From NCBI GenBank assembly GCA_009914755.4, contig CP068257.2, positions 10,272,001-10,336,000 of the forward strand: a stretch of DNA of 64,000 nt. The letters are read 5' to 3'. The notes beneath the pieces were generated by a model. The model saw only the letters and a list, made by a program, of their open reading frames with translations, ran no database searches and was not told the DNA's origin. The stretch is from the human T2T-CHM13v2.0 reference genome, Homo sapiens. Shown piece by piece: positions 52,225 through 64,000 of the stretch. Within the stretch, counting starts at the first letter, position 1. The number at the start of each line of letters is the position of its first letter. Position numbers and translations under genes: made by a program.

Positions 52225-55200
52225 CTGCTTAATGGGAAGAAATTTTTACTTCTGTGTGATAAATGCACATGTCACAAATGAGTTACTCAGAAAACTTCTT
52301 TCTACTTTTAATATGAAGATATTTCCTTTTTCACCATATGCTTCAATGCACTCACAGATATCCCTTTGAAGATTCTACAAAAAGATTGTTTCCAAACTGC
52401 TCAATAAACAGAATGATTCAACCCTGTGAGACGAATGTGTACATCACAAAGAAGTTTCTCAGAAAACTTCCTTCTCAGTTTTATTTGAAGATATTTCCTT
52501 TTTGAACATAGGCCTCAATGCACTCCCAAATATACCTTTGCAGAGTCTACAAAAAGACTGTTTCCAAACTGCTCAATCAAAAGAAAGTTTCAACTCTGTT
52601 AGATGAATGCACTCATCAGAAAGTAGTTTCTCAGTAAGCTTCTCACTAGTTTTTATATGAAGATACTTCCTTTTTCAACATGGGTCTCAAAGCACTCAAA
52701 AATATCCCTTTGCAGACTCTAGAATAACAGAGTTTACAAACTGCTCAATGAAAAGAAATGTTTACATCTGTGAGATGAGTACACATATCTTAAAGCAGCT
52801 TCTCAGAATGCTTCTTTCTAGCTTTTATGTGAAGATATTTCCTTTTCCACCATAGGCCTCAACTTGCTCCTAAATATCCCTTTGCAGATTCTACAAAAAG
52901 ACTGTTTCCATACTGCTCAATCAAAAAAAAAAATGTTAAACTCTATGAGATAAATGCACACATCAAAAAAAGTTTCTCAGAAAACTTTTGTCTAGTTTTT
53001 ATGTGAATATATTTCCTTATTCATCATAAGCCTCAAAGCGCTACAAATATCCCTCTGCAGATTCTACAAAAAGACTGTTTGCAAACTGCTCAATCCAAAG
53101 AATATTTCACCTCTGTGTGATGAATGCACACATCCAAAGAAGTTTCTCAGAAACTTTCTTTATGGTTTTTCCCTGAAGATATTTCCTTTTTCAACATAGA
53201 CCTCAAAGACATCACAAATATCCCTTTGCAGATTCTACAAAAAGACTGTTTCCAAGCTGCTCAATAAAAAGAATTATTGAACACTGTCAGATGAATGCAC
53301 ACAGCTCAAAGAAGTTTCTCAGAATCCTTCAGTCTAGTTTTTATGTGAATATATTTCCTTTTTCACGATAGGCCTCAAAGTGCTCCAAATATCCGTTTGC
53401 AGAGTCTACAAAAAGACTGTTTCCAAACGGCTCAATCAAAACAAAGGTTCAACTCTGTGTGATGAATGCACACATCACGAAGTAGTTTCTCATAATGCTT
53501 CTGTCCAGTTTTTCACCGTAGGTCTCAAAGTGCTCACAAATATCTCTTTACAGATTCTACAAAAATACTTCTTCCAAATTGCTCAATCAAAAGAAAGGTT
53601 CAACTCTGTGAGATGTATGCACACCACAAAGAGGTTTCTCAGAAAGCTTCTCTCTAGTTTTTATGTGAAGATATTTCCTTTTTCACCATAGGCCTCAAAG
53701 CATTCACAAATATCCCTTTGCAGATTCTACAAAAAGACTCTTTACACATGGCTCAAACAAAAGAATGTTTCAACTCTGTGAGGTGAATGCTCACATCACG
53801 AGGATGTTTCTCAGAAAGCTTCTGTGTAGTTTTTATGTGAAGATATTTCCTTTTTCACCATACACCTCAAAGGGCTCACAAATATCCCTTTGCAGATCTT
53901 ACAAGAAAAGAGTTTCCAATCTTCTCAATGAAAAGAAACAGACACATCTGGGAGATGAATGTACATATCACAAAGCAGTTTCTGAGAAACATTCTGTCTA
54001 GTTTTTATGTGAAGGTATCTCCTTTTCCACCACAGGATGTAAAGCACTCAAAATTGTCCCTTTGCAGATTCTACAAAAAGATTGTTTCCACACTGCTCAT
54101 CAAAAGAAAGGTTCAACTCTGTGAGATGAATGCACATGTCAAAAAGTGGTTTCTCAGAAATCTTCTATTAATTTTTTATGTGAATGTTTCCTTTTTCCCC
54201 ATGAGCCTCAAGGTGCTCAGAAGTATCCACTTGAAGAATATTTAAAAAGACTGTTTCCAAACTGCTCAATCAAAAGAAAAGTTGAACTGTGTGAGATGAC
54301 TGCACACATCACAAAGAAGTTTCTCAGAAACCTTCTTTATAGTTTTTCTGTGAAGATATTTCCTTTTTCACCATAGGCCTCAAAGCCCTCACAAATATCT
54401 CTTTGCAGATTCTACAAAAAGATTGTTCCAAATCGCTCAATAAAAAGAATTATTGAACTTTGTGAGATGAATGCACACATCTCAAAGAAGTTTCTCACAA
54501 ACTTTCAGTCTGATTTTTATGTGAATGTATTTCATTTTTCACCATAGGCCTCAAAGTGCTCCAAATATCCATTTGCAGAGTCTACAAAAAGACTGTTTCC
54601 AAATGGCTCAATGAATAGAAAGTTTCAACTCTGAGATGAATCCACAAATCACTAAGAAGTTTTGCAGGAGGCTTCTGTCTAATTTTTATATGAAGACATT
54701 TCCTTTTTCACCATAGGCCTCCATCTGCTCACAATTATCCCTTAGCAGATTCTACAAGAACAGAATTTCCAGACTGATCAAACAAAACAAACGTTTTTCT
54801 CTGTGTGGTGAATGCACACATCACAAAACTGTTTCTCAGAAACCTTCTTTATACTTTTTATGTGATGATAATTCTTTTTTCTCCCTAGGACTCAAAGTGC
54901 TCAAAAATATCCCTTTGCAGATTCTACAAAAAGATTGTTTCCAAAGTGCTCAATCGAAAGAATAGTTCAACTCTGTGAGATGAATGTGTACATCACAGAG
55001 AAGTTTCTCAGAAACCTTCTTTTTAGTTTTTATGTGAAGATATTTCCTTTTCCACCACAGGCTTCAAAGTGCTCAGGAATATCCCTTTGTAGATTCTGCA
55101 AAAAGACTGCTTCCCAACTGCTCAATCAAATAAATGGTTGAACTTTGTGAGATGGATGCACACATCTCAAAGAGGTTTCTCAGAAATCTTCTGTCCATTT

Positions 55201-58200
55201 TTTATGTGAAGATATTTCCTTTTTCACCATAGCACTACAAGTCGTGACAAGTATCCCTTGCAGATTCTATAAAAACACTGTTTCCAGACTGCTCAATCAA
55301 AAGAATGGTTCAACTCTGTGAGATGATTGCACACATCACAAAGAAGCCACTAAGAAAGCTTCTGTCTAGTTTTTATGTGAAGATATTTCCTTTTTCACCA
55401 TAGGCCTCAAAGCACTCACAAATATCCCTTTGCAGATTCTACAAGAACAGTTTCCTAACTGATCACAGAAAATAAATGTTTACCTCTCTGAGATCAATGC
55501 ACACACCACAAAGCTGTTTCTAAGAAACCTTCTTTATACCTTTTATATGAATATATTTCCTTTTTCACCATTGGCCTCAAAGCTCTCATAAATATCCCTT
55601 TGCAGATTCCACAAACAGACGGTTTCCATACTGCTCAATCAAAAGTAAGTTTCAACTTTGTGAGATGAATGCCCACATCACAAAGAGGTTTCTCAGAAAG
55701 CCTCTCTCTAATTTTTATGTGAAGATATTTCCTTTTTCACCATAGGCCTCAAAGCACTCACAATTATCCCTTTGCAGAATCTACAAGAACAGTTTCCAGA
55801 CAGATCAGAGAAAAGAAACGTTTACTTCTGTGAGATGAATGCATAAATCATAAAGCTGTTTCTGAGAAACCTTGTTTATACTTTTTATGTGAATACATTT
55901 CCTTTTTAACCATAGGCCTCAAAGCACTCATAAATATCCCTTTGCAGATTCTACAAAAAGAGTGTTTCCAAACTGTTCAATCAAAAGAATGGTTGAACTC
56001 TACGAGATGAATGCACACATCACAAAGAAGTTTCTCGGAAAGTTTCTGTCTAGTTTTTATGTGAAGATATTTCCTATTTCATCATAGGCCTCATACCACT
56101 CAAAAATATGCCCTTACAGATTCTACAAAAATACTGTTTCCAAATTGCTCAATCCAAAGAAAGTTTCAAATCTGTGAGATGAATGCACACATCACAAGGA
56201 GGTTTCTCAGAAAGCTTCTCTCTAGTTTTCATGTGAAAATATTTCGTTTTCACCATAGGCTTCAAAGCATCACAAATATCCATTTGCAGATTCTACCAAA
56301 ATACTGTTTACAAACTGCCCAATCAAAAGTATGTTTCAACTCTGTGAGATGAATTCTCGCATCTCCAAGATGTTTCACAGAAAGCTTCCGTCTAGTTTTT
56401 ATGTGAAGATAATTCCTTTTTCACCATAGGCCTCAAAGTGCTGACAAATATCCCTTTGCAGATTTTACAAGAACAGAATTTCCAATCTGTTCATTGAAAA
56501 GAAATGGTTACTTCTGTGAGATGAAAGCAAACATCACAAGGCAGTTTCTCAGAAATATTCTGTCTAGTTTTTATTTAAAAATAATTCCTTTTCCAACATA
56601 GGACACAAAACACTAACTAATAACCCTTTGGAAATTCTACCAAATACTGCTTCCAAAATGCTCATCAAAAGAAAGGTTCACCTCTGTGGGATAAATGCAA
56701 ATATCAAAAAGATGATTCTCAGAAAGCATCTATCTTGTTTTTATGTGAAAGTGTTTCCTTTTTCACCATGGGCCTCAAAGTGCTCAAAAATATCCCTTTG
56801 CAGATCCTAAAAAAAGACTGTTTCCAAACCGGTGAGTCAAAGGAATGGTTCAACTCTGTGAGATGAATGCACACATCATAAAGAAGTTTCTCACAAACCT
56901 TCTTTATAGTTTTTATGTGAAGATATTTCCTTTTAACCATAGACCTCAAAGTGCTCACAAATATCCCTTTGCAGATTCTACAAAAAGGTGGTTTCCCAAC
57001 TGCTCCATCAAAAGAATTGTTGAACTCTGTGAGATGAATGCATACATCACAAAGCAGTTTCTCAGAAATCTTTAGTCTAGTTTTTTTGTGAAGATAATTT
57101 CTCTTTCACCATAGGCCTCAAAGTGATCAGAAATATCCCTTTACAGATTCTACAAAAAGACGTTTCTAAACTGCTTAATCAAAAGAAAGTTTCATTTCTG
57201 TGAGATGAATGCACATATCACCAAGAAGTTTCTCACTAGGCTTCTGTCTAGTTTTTATGTGAAGACAATATCTTTTTCACAATAGGGCTCTAGGCACTCA
57301 AAAATATCCCTTAGCAGATCCTACAAGAACAGAGTTTCCCAACTGATCAAAGAAAAGAATTGTTTACCTCTGTGAGATGAATGCAGACATCAAAAAACAG
57401 TTTCTCAGAAACCTTCTTTATAGTTTTCTGTGAAGATACTTCTTTTCCTGCATAGGCCTCAAAGTGCTCACAAATATCCGTTTGCAGATTCTTCAAAAAG
57501 ACTGTTTCCAAAGGGCTAAATTAAAAGAGACATTCAAATCTGTGAGATGAATGCACATATCACAAAGAAGTATCTTGGAAACTTTCTGCATACTTTGAAT
57601 GTGAAGATATTTCCTTTGTCACAATAGGCCTCAAAGTGCTCAAAAATACCCCCTTTGAGATTGTACAAGAACACAGTTTCCAGACTGATAGGAGAAAAAA
57701 AACACTTACCTCTGTGAGATGAATGCACACATCACAAGGTTGTTTTTAGAAAACCTGCTTTATAGTTCTTATGTGAAGATATGTCCTTTTCCACCATAGG
57801 ATTCACCGCGCTCCAAATATCCAATGGCAGACTCTACAAAAAGAGTGTTTCCAAACTGCTCAACAAAAAGTTAGTTCATCTCTGTGAGATGAATGCACAC
57901 AACACAAAGAAGTTTCTCAGAATGCTTCTGTCTAGTTTTCATTGCAGATATTTCCTTTTCCACCATAGGCATCAAAGCACTCTAAATATCCACTTGCAGA
58001 TTCTACAAAAAGAGTGTTTCAAAACTGCTCAATCAAAAGAAAGTTTCAACTCTGTGAGCTGAAAGCACACATCACAAAGAAGTTTCTCAAAATGATTCCC
58101 TGTAGTTTTCATGTGAAGATATTTCCTTTTCCACAAGAGGCCGCAAAGCGATCCAAATATCCAATTGCAGATTCTACAAAAAGTGTGTTTCAAAACTGCC

Positions 58201-61200
58201 CAATCAGAATAAAGTTTGAACTCTGTGAGTAGAATACACGCATCACAAAGAACTTTCTCAGAATGCTTCTGGCTAGTTTTTAAGGGAAGATATATTCTTT
58301 TGCACTGTATGTCTCAAAGAGATCCAAATATCCACTTGCAGATTCTACAAAAAGAGTGTTTCAAAACTGCTCAATGAAAAGAATGGTTCAACTCTGTGAG
58401 ATGAATGCACACATCACAAAGAAGTTTCTCTGAATGCTTCTGTCTAGTTTTTATGTGCAGATATTTCCTTTTCCACTATAGGCCTCAAAGCTGTCCAAAT
58501 ACAAATTTGAAGATGGTACGAAAAGAATGTATCCAAACTGCTCAATAAAAAGACATGTTCAACTCGGTGAGTTGAATGCACACATCACAGAAAAGTTTCT
58601 CAGAATGCTTCTGTCTAGTTTTTATGTGAAGATATTTCCTTTTCCACCATAGGCCTCAAAGCGCTCTAAATATCCAACTGCTGATTCTACGAAAAGAGTG
58701 CTTCAAAACTGCTCAATCAAAAGAAATGTTCAACTCTGTGAGTTGAATGTACACATCACAAAGAAGTATCTTAGAATGATTCTGTCTAGTTCTTATGTGA
58801 AGATATTTCCTTTTCTATCATGGCTTCAAAGTGCTCCACATATCCACTTGCAGACTCTACAAAAAGAGTGTTTCAAAACTGCTCAATCAAAAGAAAGGTT
58901 CAACTCTGTGAGATGAATGCACACATCATGAAGAAATTTCTCAGAATGCTTCTGTCTAGATTTTATGTGAAGATATTTCCTTTTCCACCAGAGGCCATAC
59001 AGCGCTCCAAATATTCACTTGCAGATTCTACAGAAAGAGTGTTTCAGAACTGCTCAATCAAAAGAAAGGTTCAACTCTGTGAGTTGAATGCACACAACAC
59101 AAAGAACTTTGTCAGAATGCTTCTCTGTAGTTTTTACGTGAAGATGTTTGCTTTTCCACCATAAGCATCAAAGCGGTCCAAATATCCACTTGCACACTCT
59201 ATAAAAAGAGTGTTTCAAAACTGCTCAATCAAAAGAAAGTTTCAGCTCAGTGAGATGAAGGCACACATCACAAAGAAGTTTCTCAGTATACTTCTGTCTA
59301 GTCTTTATGTGAAGACATTTCCTTTTTCACAATAGGCCTCAAAGAGGTCCAAATATCCACTTGCAGATTCTACACAAAGAGTGTTTCAAAACTGTTAAGT
59401 CAAAAGAATGGATCAAGACAGTGATATGAATGCACACACCACAAAGAAGTTTTTCAGAATGCTTCTCTCTAGTTTTTAGGTGAAGATATTTCCTTTTACA
59501 CCATAGACCTCAAACCGCTCCAGGTATCCCTTTGCAGATACTACAAAAAGAGTGTTTCAAAACTGCTCAATCAAAAGAAAGATTCAACTCTGTGAGATGA
59601 ATGCACACATCAAGAAGAAGTTTCTCAGAATGCTTCCAACAAATATTTATGTGAAGATATTTCCTTTTCCACTATCGACCTCAAAGTGCTCCCAGTATCC
59701 ACTTGCAGATTCTACAAAAAGAGTGTTTCCAAACTGCTCAATCAAAAGAAAGCTTCAACTCTGAGAGATGAATGCACACATCACAAAGAAATGTCTCAGA
59801 ATGCTTCTGTCTAGTTTTTATGTGAAGATATTGCCTTTTTCATTTAAGGCCACATAGCGCTCCAAATACCCAATTGCAGGTTCTACAAAAGGAGTCTTTC
59901 AAAACTGCTCTATCAAAAGAAGGGTTACATTCTGTGAGTTGAATGCACACGTCACAAAGAAGTTTCTCAGAATGCTTCTGTCTACGATTTATGTGAAGAT
60001 ATTTCCTTTTCCACTATAGGCCTCAAAGCGCTGCAAATATCCACTGGCAGATTCTACAAAAAGAGTGTTTCAAAACTGCTCAATCAAAAGAAAGGTTGAA
60101 CACTGTGAGTTGAATGCACACATCACAAATAAGTTTCTCAGAATGCTTCTCTGTAGTTTTTATGTGAAGATATTTCCTTTTCCACCATAGGCCTCAAAGT
60201 GCTCCCAATATCCATTTGCAGATTCTACAAAAAGAGACATTCAAAACTACTAAATCAAAAGAATGGTTCAACTCTGTGAGATGAATGCACACAAAACAAA
60301 GAAGTAGCTGAGAATGCTTCTCTTTAGTTTTTATGTGAAGATATTTCCTTTTCCACCATAGGCCACAAAGTGCTCCTAATATCCACTTGCAGATTCTACA
60401 AAAAGAGTATTTCAAAACTACTCAATCAAAAGAATGGTTCAACTCTGTAAGATGAATGCACATATCACAAAGAAGTATCACAGAATGCTTCTGCCTAATT
60501 TTATTGTGAAAATATTTCATTTTCCACCATAGGCCTCAAAGCACTATGATTATCCACTTGTAGACTGTACAGAAAGAGCGTTTCAAAACTGGTCAATAAA
60601 AAGAAAACTTCAACTCTGTGAGATGAATGCACATATCACAAAGATGTTTCTCAGAATGCTTCTATCTAATTTTTATGTGAAGATATTTCCTTTTCCCCTG
60701 TAGGCCACAAAGGTCTCCAAATATCCACTTGCAGATTCTACAAAAAGAGAGTTTGAAAACTTCACAATCAAAAGAAAGTTTCAACTCTGTGAGATGAATG
60801 CACACATCACAAGGAAGTTTCTCAGAATGCTTCTGTCTAGTTTATGTGAAGATATTTCCTTTTCCAACAGAGGCTGCAAAACACTCGAAATATCCACTTG
60901 CAGATTCTAAAAAAAGAGTGTTTCAAAACTGCTCAATCAAAAGAAAGACTCAAATCTGTGAGTTGAACACACACAACACAAAGAACTTTGTCAGAATGCT
61001 TCTGTGTAGTTTTTATGTGAAGATATTTCCTTTCCTACCATAAGCCTCAAAGTGCTCCAAATATCCACTTGCACACTCTACAAAAAGAGTGGTTCAAAAC
61101 TGCTCAATCAAAAGAAAGGTTGAACTCTGCGAGATGAATGCACACATCACAAAGAAGTTTCTCAGAATGCTTCTCCGTAGTTTTTATGTGAAGATATATC

Positions 61201-64000
61201 CTTTTCCGCAGTAGGCCACAAAGCACTCCAAATATCCACTTGCAGATCCTAAAAAAAGTGTGTTTCAAAACTGCTCAATCAAAAGAAAGGTTCAACTCTG
61301 TGTGTTGAATGCACACATCACAAACCAATTTCTCAGAATGCTTCTGTGTAGTTTTCACGTGAAGATATTTACTTTTCTACCATAGGCCTCAAAACGCTCC
61401 AAGTATCCAATTGGAGATTCTACAAAAAGAGTGCTTCAAAACTGCTCAATCAAAAGAAAGCTTCAACTCTGTGAGATGAAGGCACACATGACAAAGAAGT
61501 TTCTCAGAATGCTGTTGTCTAGTTTTTATGTGAAGATATTGCCTTTTCCACTTAAGGCCACATAGCGCTCCAAATATCCACTTACAGATTCTACAAAAGG
61601 AGTCTTTCAAAACTGCTCAATCAAAAGAAGGATTGCACTCTTTGAGTTAAATGCACACATCACAAAGAAGTTTCTCAGAATGCTTCTATGTACTATTTAT
61701 GTGAAGATATTTCCTTTTCCACCGTAGGCCTCAAAGCGTTCCAAAAATCCACTGGCAGATTTTACAAAAAGAGTGTTTCAAAACTGTTGAATCTAAAGAA
61801 AGGTTGAACTCTGTGGGTTGAATGCACACATCACAAAGAAGTTTCTCAGAATGATTCTGTCTAAATTTTATGTGAAAATATTCCATTTTCCACCATAGGC
61901 CTCGATGTGCTCCAAATATCCACTTGCAGATTCTACAAAAAGAGTGTTTCCAAACTGCTCAACCAAAAGAACGGTTCAACTCTGTGAGATGAAACCACAT
62001 ATCATAAAGAAGTTTCTCAGAAATTTTCTGTCTAGTTTTTTTGTGAGAATATTTCCTATTTCATCCATAGGCATCAATGGTCTGAGAAATATCCCTTCAC
62101 AGATTCTACATAAGGACTGTTTCCAAACTGCTGAATCGAAAGAAATGTTCAACTCTTTGTGATGAATGTGCACATCACAAAGAAGTTTCTCAGAATGATT
62201 CTATCTAGTTTTTATGTGAAGATATTTCATTTTCCACTATAGGCCACAAAGGACTCCAAATATCCACTTGCAGATTCCCCATAAAGAGTGTTTCCAAACT
62301 GCTCAATCAAAGGAAATTTACAACTCTGTGAGATGAAAGAACACATCATAAAGAAGTTTCTCAGAAAGCTCCTGTCTAGTTTTTATGTGAAGATATTTTA
62401 TGTTTCACCATAGTCCAGAAGGTGCTCAAAAATAGCCCTTTGCAGATTCTACACAAAGACTGTTTCCAAACTTCTGAACCAAAATAAAGGTTCAACTCTG
62501 TGAGATGAAAGCACATATCTCAAAGAAGTTTCTCAGAAACGTTCTGTCTGGTTTTTATGAGAAGTTATTTCCTATTTCACCATAGGCCTCAATGGGCTGA
62601 GAAATATCCCTTTACAGATACTGCAAAAGGACTATTTCCAAACTGCTCAATCCAAAGAAAGTTTCACCTCTTTGAGTTGAATGCATACATCACAAAGAAG
62701 TTTCTCAGAATGCTTCTGCCTAGTTTTTATGTGAAGATATTTCCTTTTTCACCATAGGCCTTAAACTGCTCTCAGATATCCCTCTGCAGATACTACAAAA
62801 AGACTGTCTCCAAACTGCTCCATCAAAAGTAAAGTTCAACTCTCTGAGATGAAAGGATACCTCTCAAAGAAGTTTCTCAGAATACTTTTGTCTAGTTTTT
62901 ATGTGAAGATATTTCTTTTTTGATATAGGCCTCCAACTTCTCAGAAATATCCCATTCCAGATTGTACAAAAAGATTGTTTCCAAACTGCTCAATGAAAAG
63001 AAACGTTCAACTCTGTGAGATGTATGCATGCATCAAAAAGAAGTTTCTCAGAAAGCTTCTGTTTATATTTCATGTGAAGGTATTTCCTTTTTCACCATAA
63101 GCCTCAAAGCACTCCAAATATCCATTTGCAGATTCTACAAAAAGACTGTTTCCAAACTGATCAATCAAAAGAAAGTTTCAAATCTGTGACATGAAAGCAC
63201 ACATCACTAAGAAGTTTATCAGAAAGCTTCTGTCTAGTTTTTATGTGAAGATATGTCCTTTTTCACCATAGGCATCAATGGGAACAGAAATATCCCTTTG
63301 CAGATCCTACAAAAAGACTGTTTCCAAACTGCTCAATCAAAGGAATGGTTCAACTCTGTGAGATGAAACCACATATCACAAAGAAGTTTCTCAGAAATCC
63401 TCTGTCTAGTTTTTATGTGAAGATATTTCCTATTTCATCCATAGGCCTCAATGGGCTCAGAAATATACCTTCACAGATTCTACAAAACGACAGTTTCCAA
63501 ACTGCTCAATCCAAAGACAGCTTCAACTCTTTGAGATGAATGCACACAATACAAAGAAGTTTCTTAGAATGCTTCTACCTAGTTTTTATGTGAAGATATT
63601 TCCTTTTTCACCACAGGCCTTAAACTGCTCTCACATATCCCTCTTCAGATACTACAAAAAGATTGTTTCCAGACTGCTCCATCAAAAGAAAAGTTCAAAT
63701 CTGTAAGATGAATAGATACATCACAAAAAATTTTCTCAGAATACTTCTGTCTACATTTTATCTGAAGATATTTCTTTTTCACCATAGGCCTCCAACTTCG
63801 CAGAAATTTCCTTTGCAGACTGTACAAAAAGACTGTTTCCAAACTGCTCAATGAAAAGAAAGTTTCACCTCTGTGAGATGTATGAACTCATAAAAAAGAA
63901 GTTTCTCAGAAAGCTTCTGTTTAGATTCCATGTGAAGATATGTCCTTTTTCACCATAGGCATCAAAGCGCTTGACATATCCTTTGCAGATTCTACAAAAA
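52225..64000 (-). repeat. Alpha satellite, - (inverted) orientation, to the window end
   Basis: From actgcttaatgggaagaaatttttacttctgtgtgataaatgcacatgtcacaaa onward, the + strand reads the reverse complement of the alpha monomer, for example ttatgtgaagatatttcctttttcaccataggcctcaaag...ctgtttccaaactgctcaatcaaaagaa. No TE insertions were seen in this block. Confidence 0.96.
57790..62000 (-). repeat. More homogeneous alpha-satellite sub-block (~25 monomers) with a distinct signature
   Basis: The monomers share ccacttgcagattctacaaaaagagtgtttcaaaactgctcaatcaaaagaa, where flanking monomers have ccctttgcagattctacaaaaagactgtttccaaactgctcaat. Near-identical monomers recur at about 1879 bp (59081 vs 60960) and about 1708 bp (59822 vs 61530). 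Confidence 0.6.

Noticed and set aside
52150-52300. Possible hairpin or palindromic fold-back (assembly artefact) at the alpha strand switch
   Set aside because: The reverse complement of the left flank and the right flank are similar only at alpha-family level, with many differences. This is not a recent inverted duplication.

Overview
This window is primate (human-type) pericentromeric satellite DNA. It contains no cellular genes and nothing prokaryotic. I found no novel biological system here, and I say so plainly rather than invent one.

(1) Positions 1-35,638 are a pentameric HSat3-type array. It reads (ATTCC)n on the + strand, which is (GGAAT)n on the - strand. Because the repeat is low-complexity, every ORF the track reports in it ('HSIPF...', 'MEWNG...') is a translation artefact.

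(2) The array is interrupted 26 times by the same ~77 bp antisense fragment of an Alu 3' end. The fragment is truncated at the same point in every copy, has lost its CpGs, and recurs at irregular spacing of about 0.4 to 4 kb. That pattern indicates one ancient Alu piece amplified along with the satellite.

(3) The HSat3 array abuts alpha satellite directly at about 35,636-35,640, with no spacer.

(4) Positions 35,639-64,000 are divergent monomeric alpha satellite with ~171 bp monomers. The monomers carry the pJalpha-type motif, and I found no CENP-B box. The array is in + orientation up to about 52,224 and is strand-inverted from 52,225 to the end of the window.

(5) The + oriented alpha part carries three 5'-truncated L1 insertions. 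One, at 36.4-37.6 kb, is on the - strand and has a ~14 bp TSD. One, at 45.07-45.51 kb, is on the + strand and has an odd bipartite tail. The third, at 48.78-50.35 kb, has a 5' inversion of the kind twin priming produces, with a 23 bp candidate TSD and 4 bp microhomology at its internal junction.

(6) Local structure inside the alpha satellite includes a 2x tandem duplication of a 3-monomer block at 38.09-39.13 kb. There is also a more homogeneous monomer sub-block at about 57.8-62.0 kb, with similarity recurring at 10-11 monomers.

Everything here is read by eye. Coordinates are good to roughly +/-5 bp, and the family and identity assignments need RepeatMasker/Dfam and T2T alignment to confirm.
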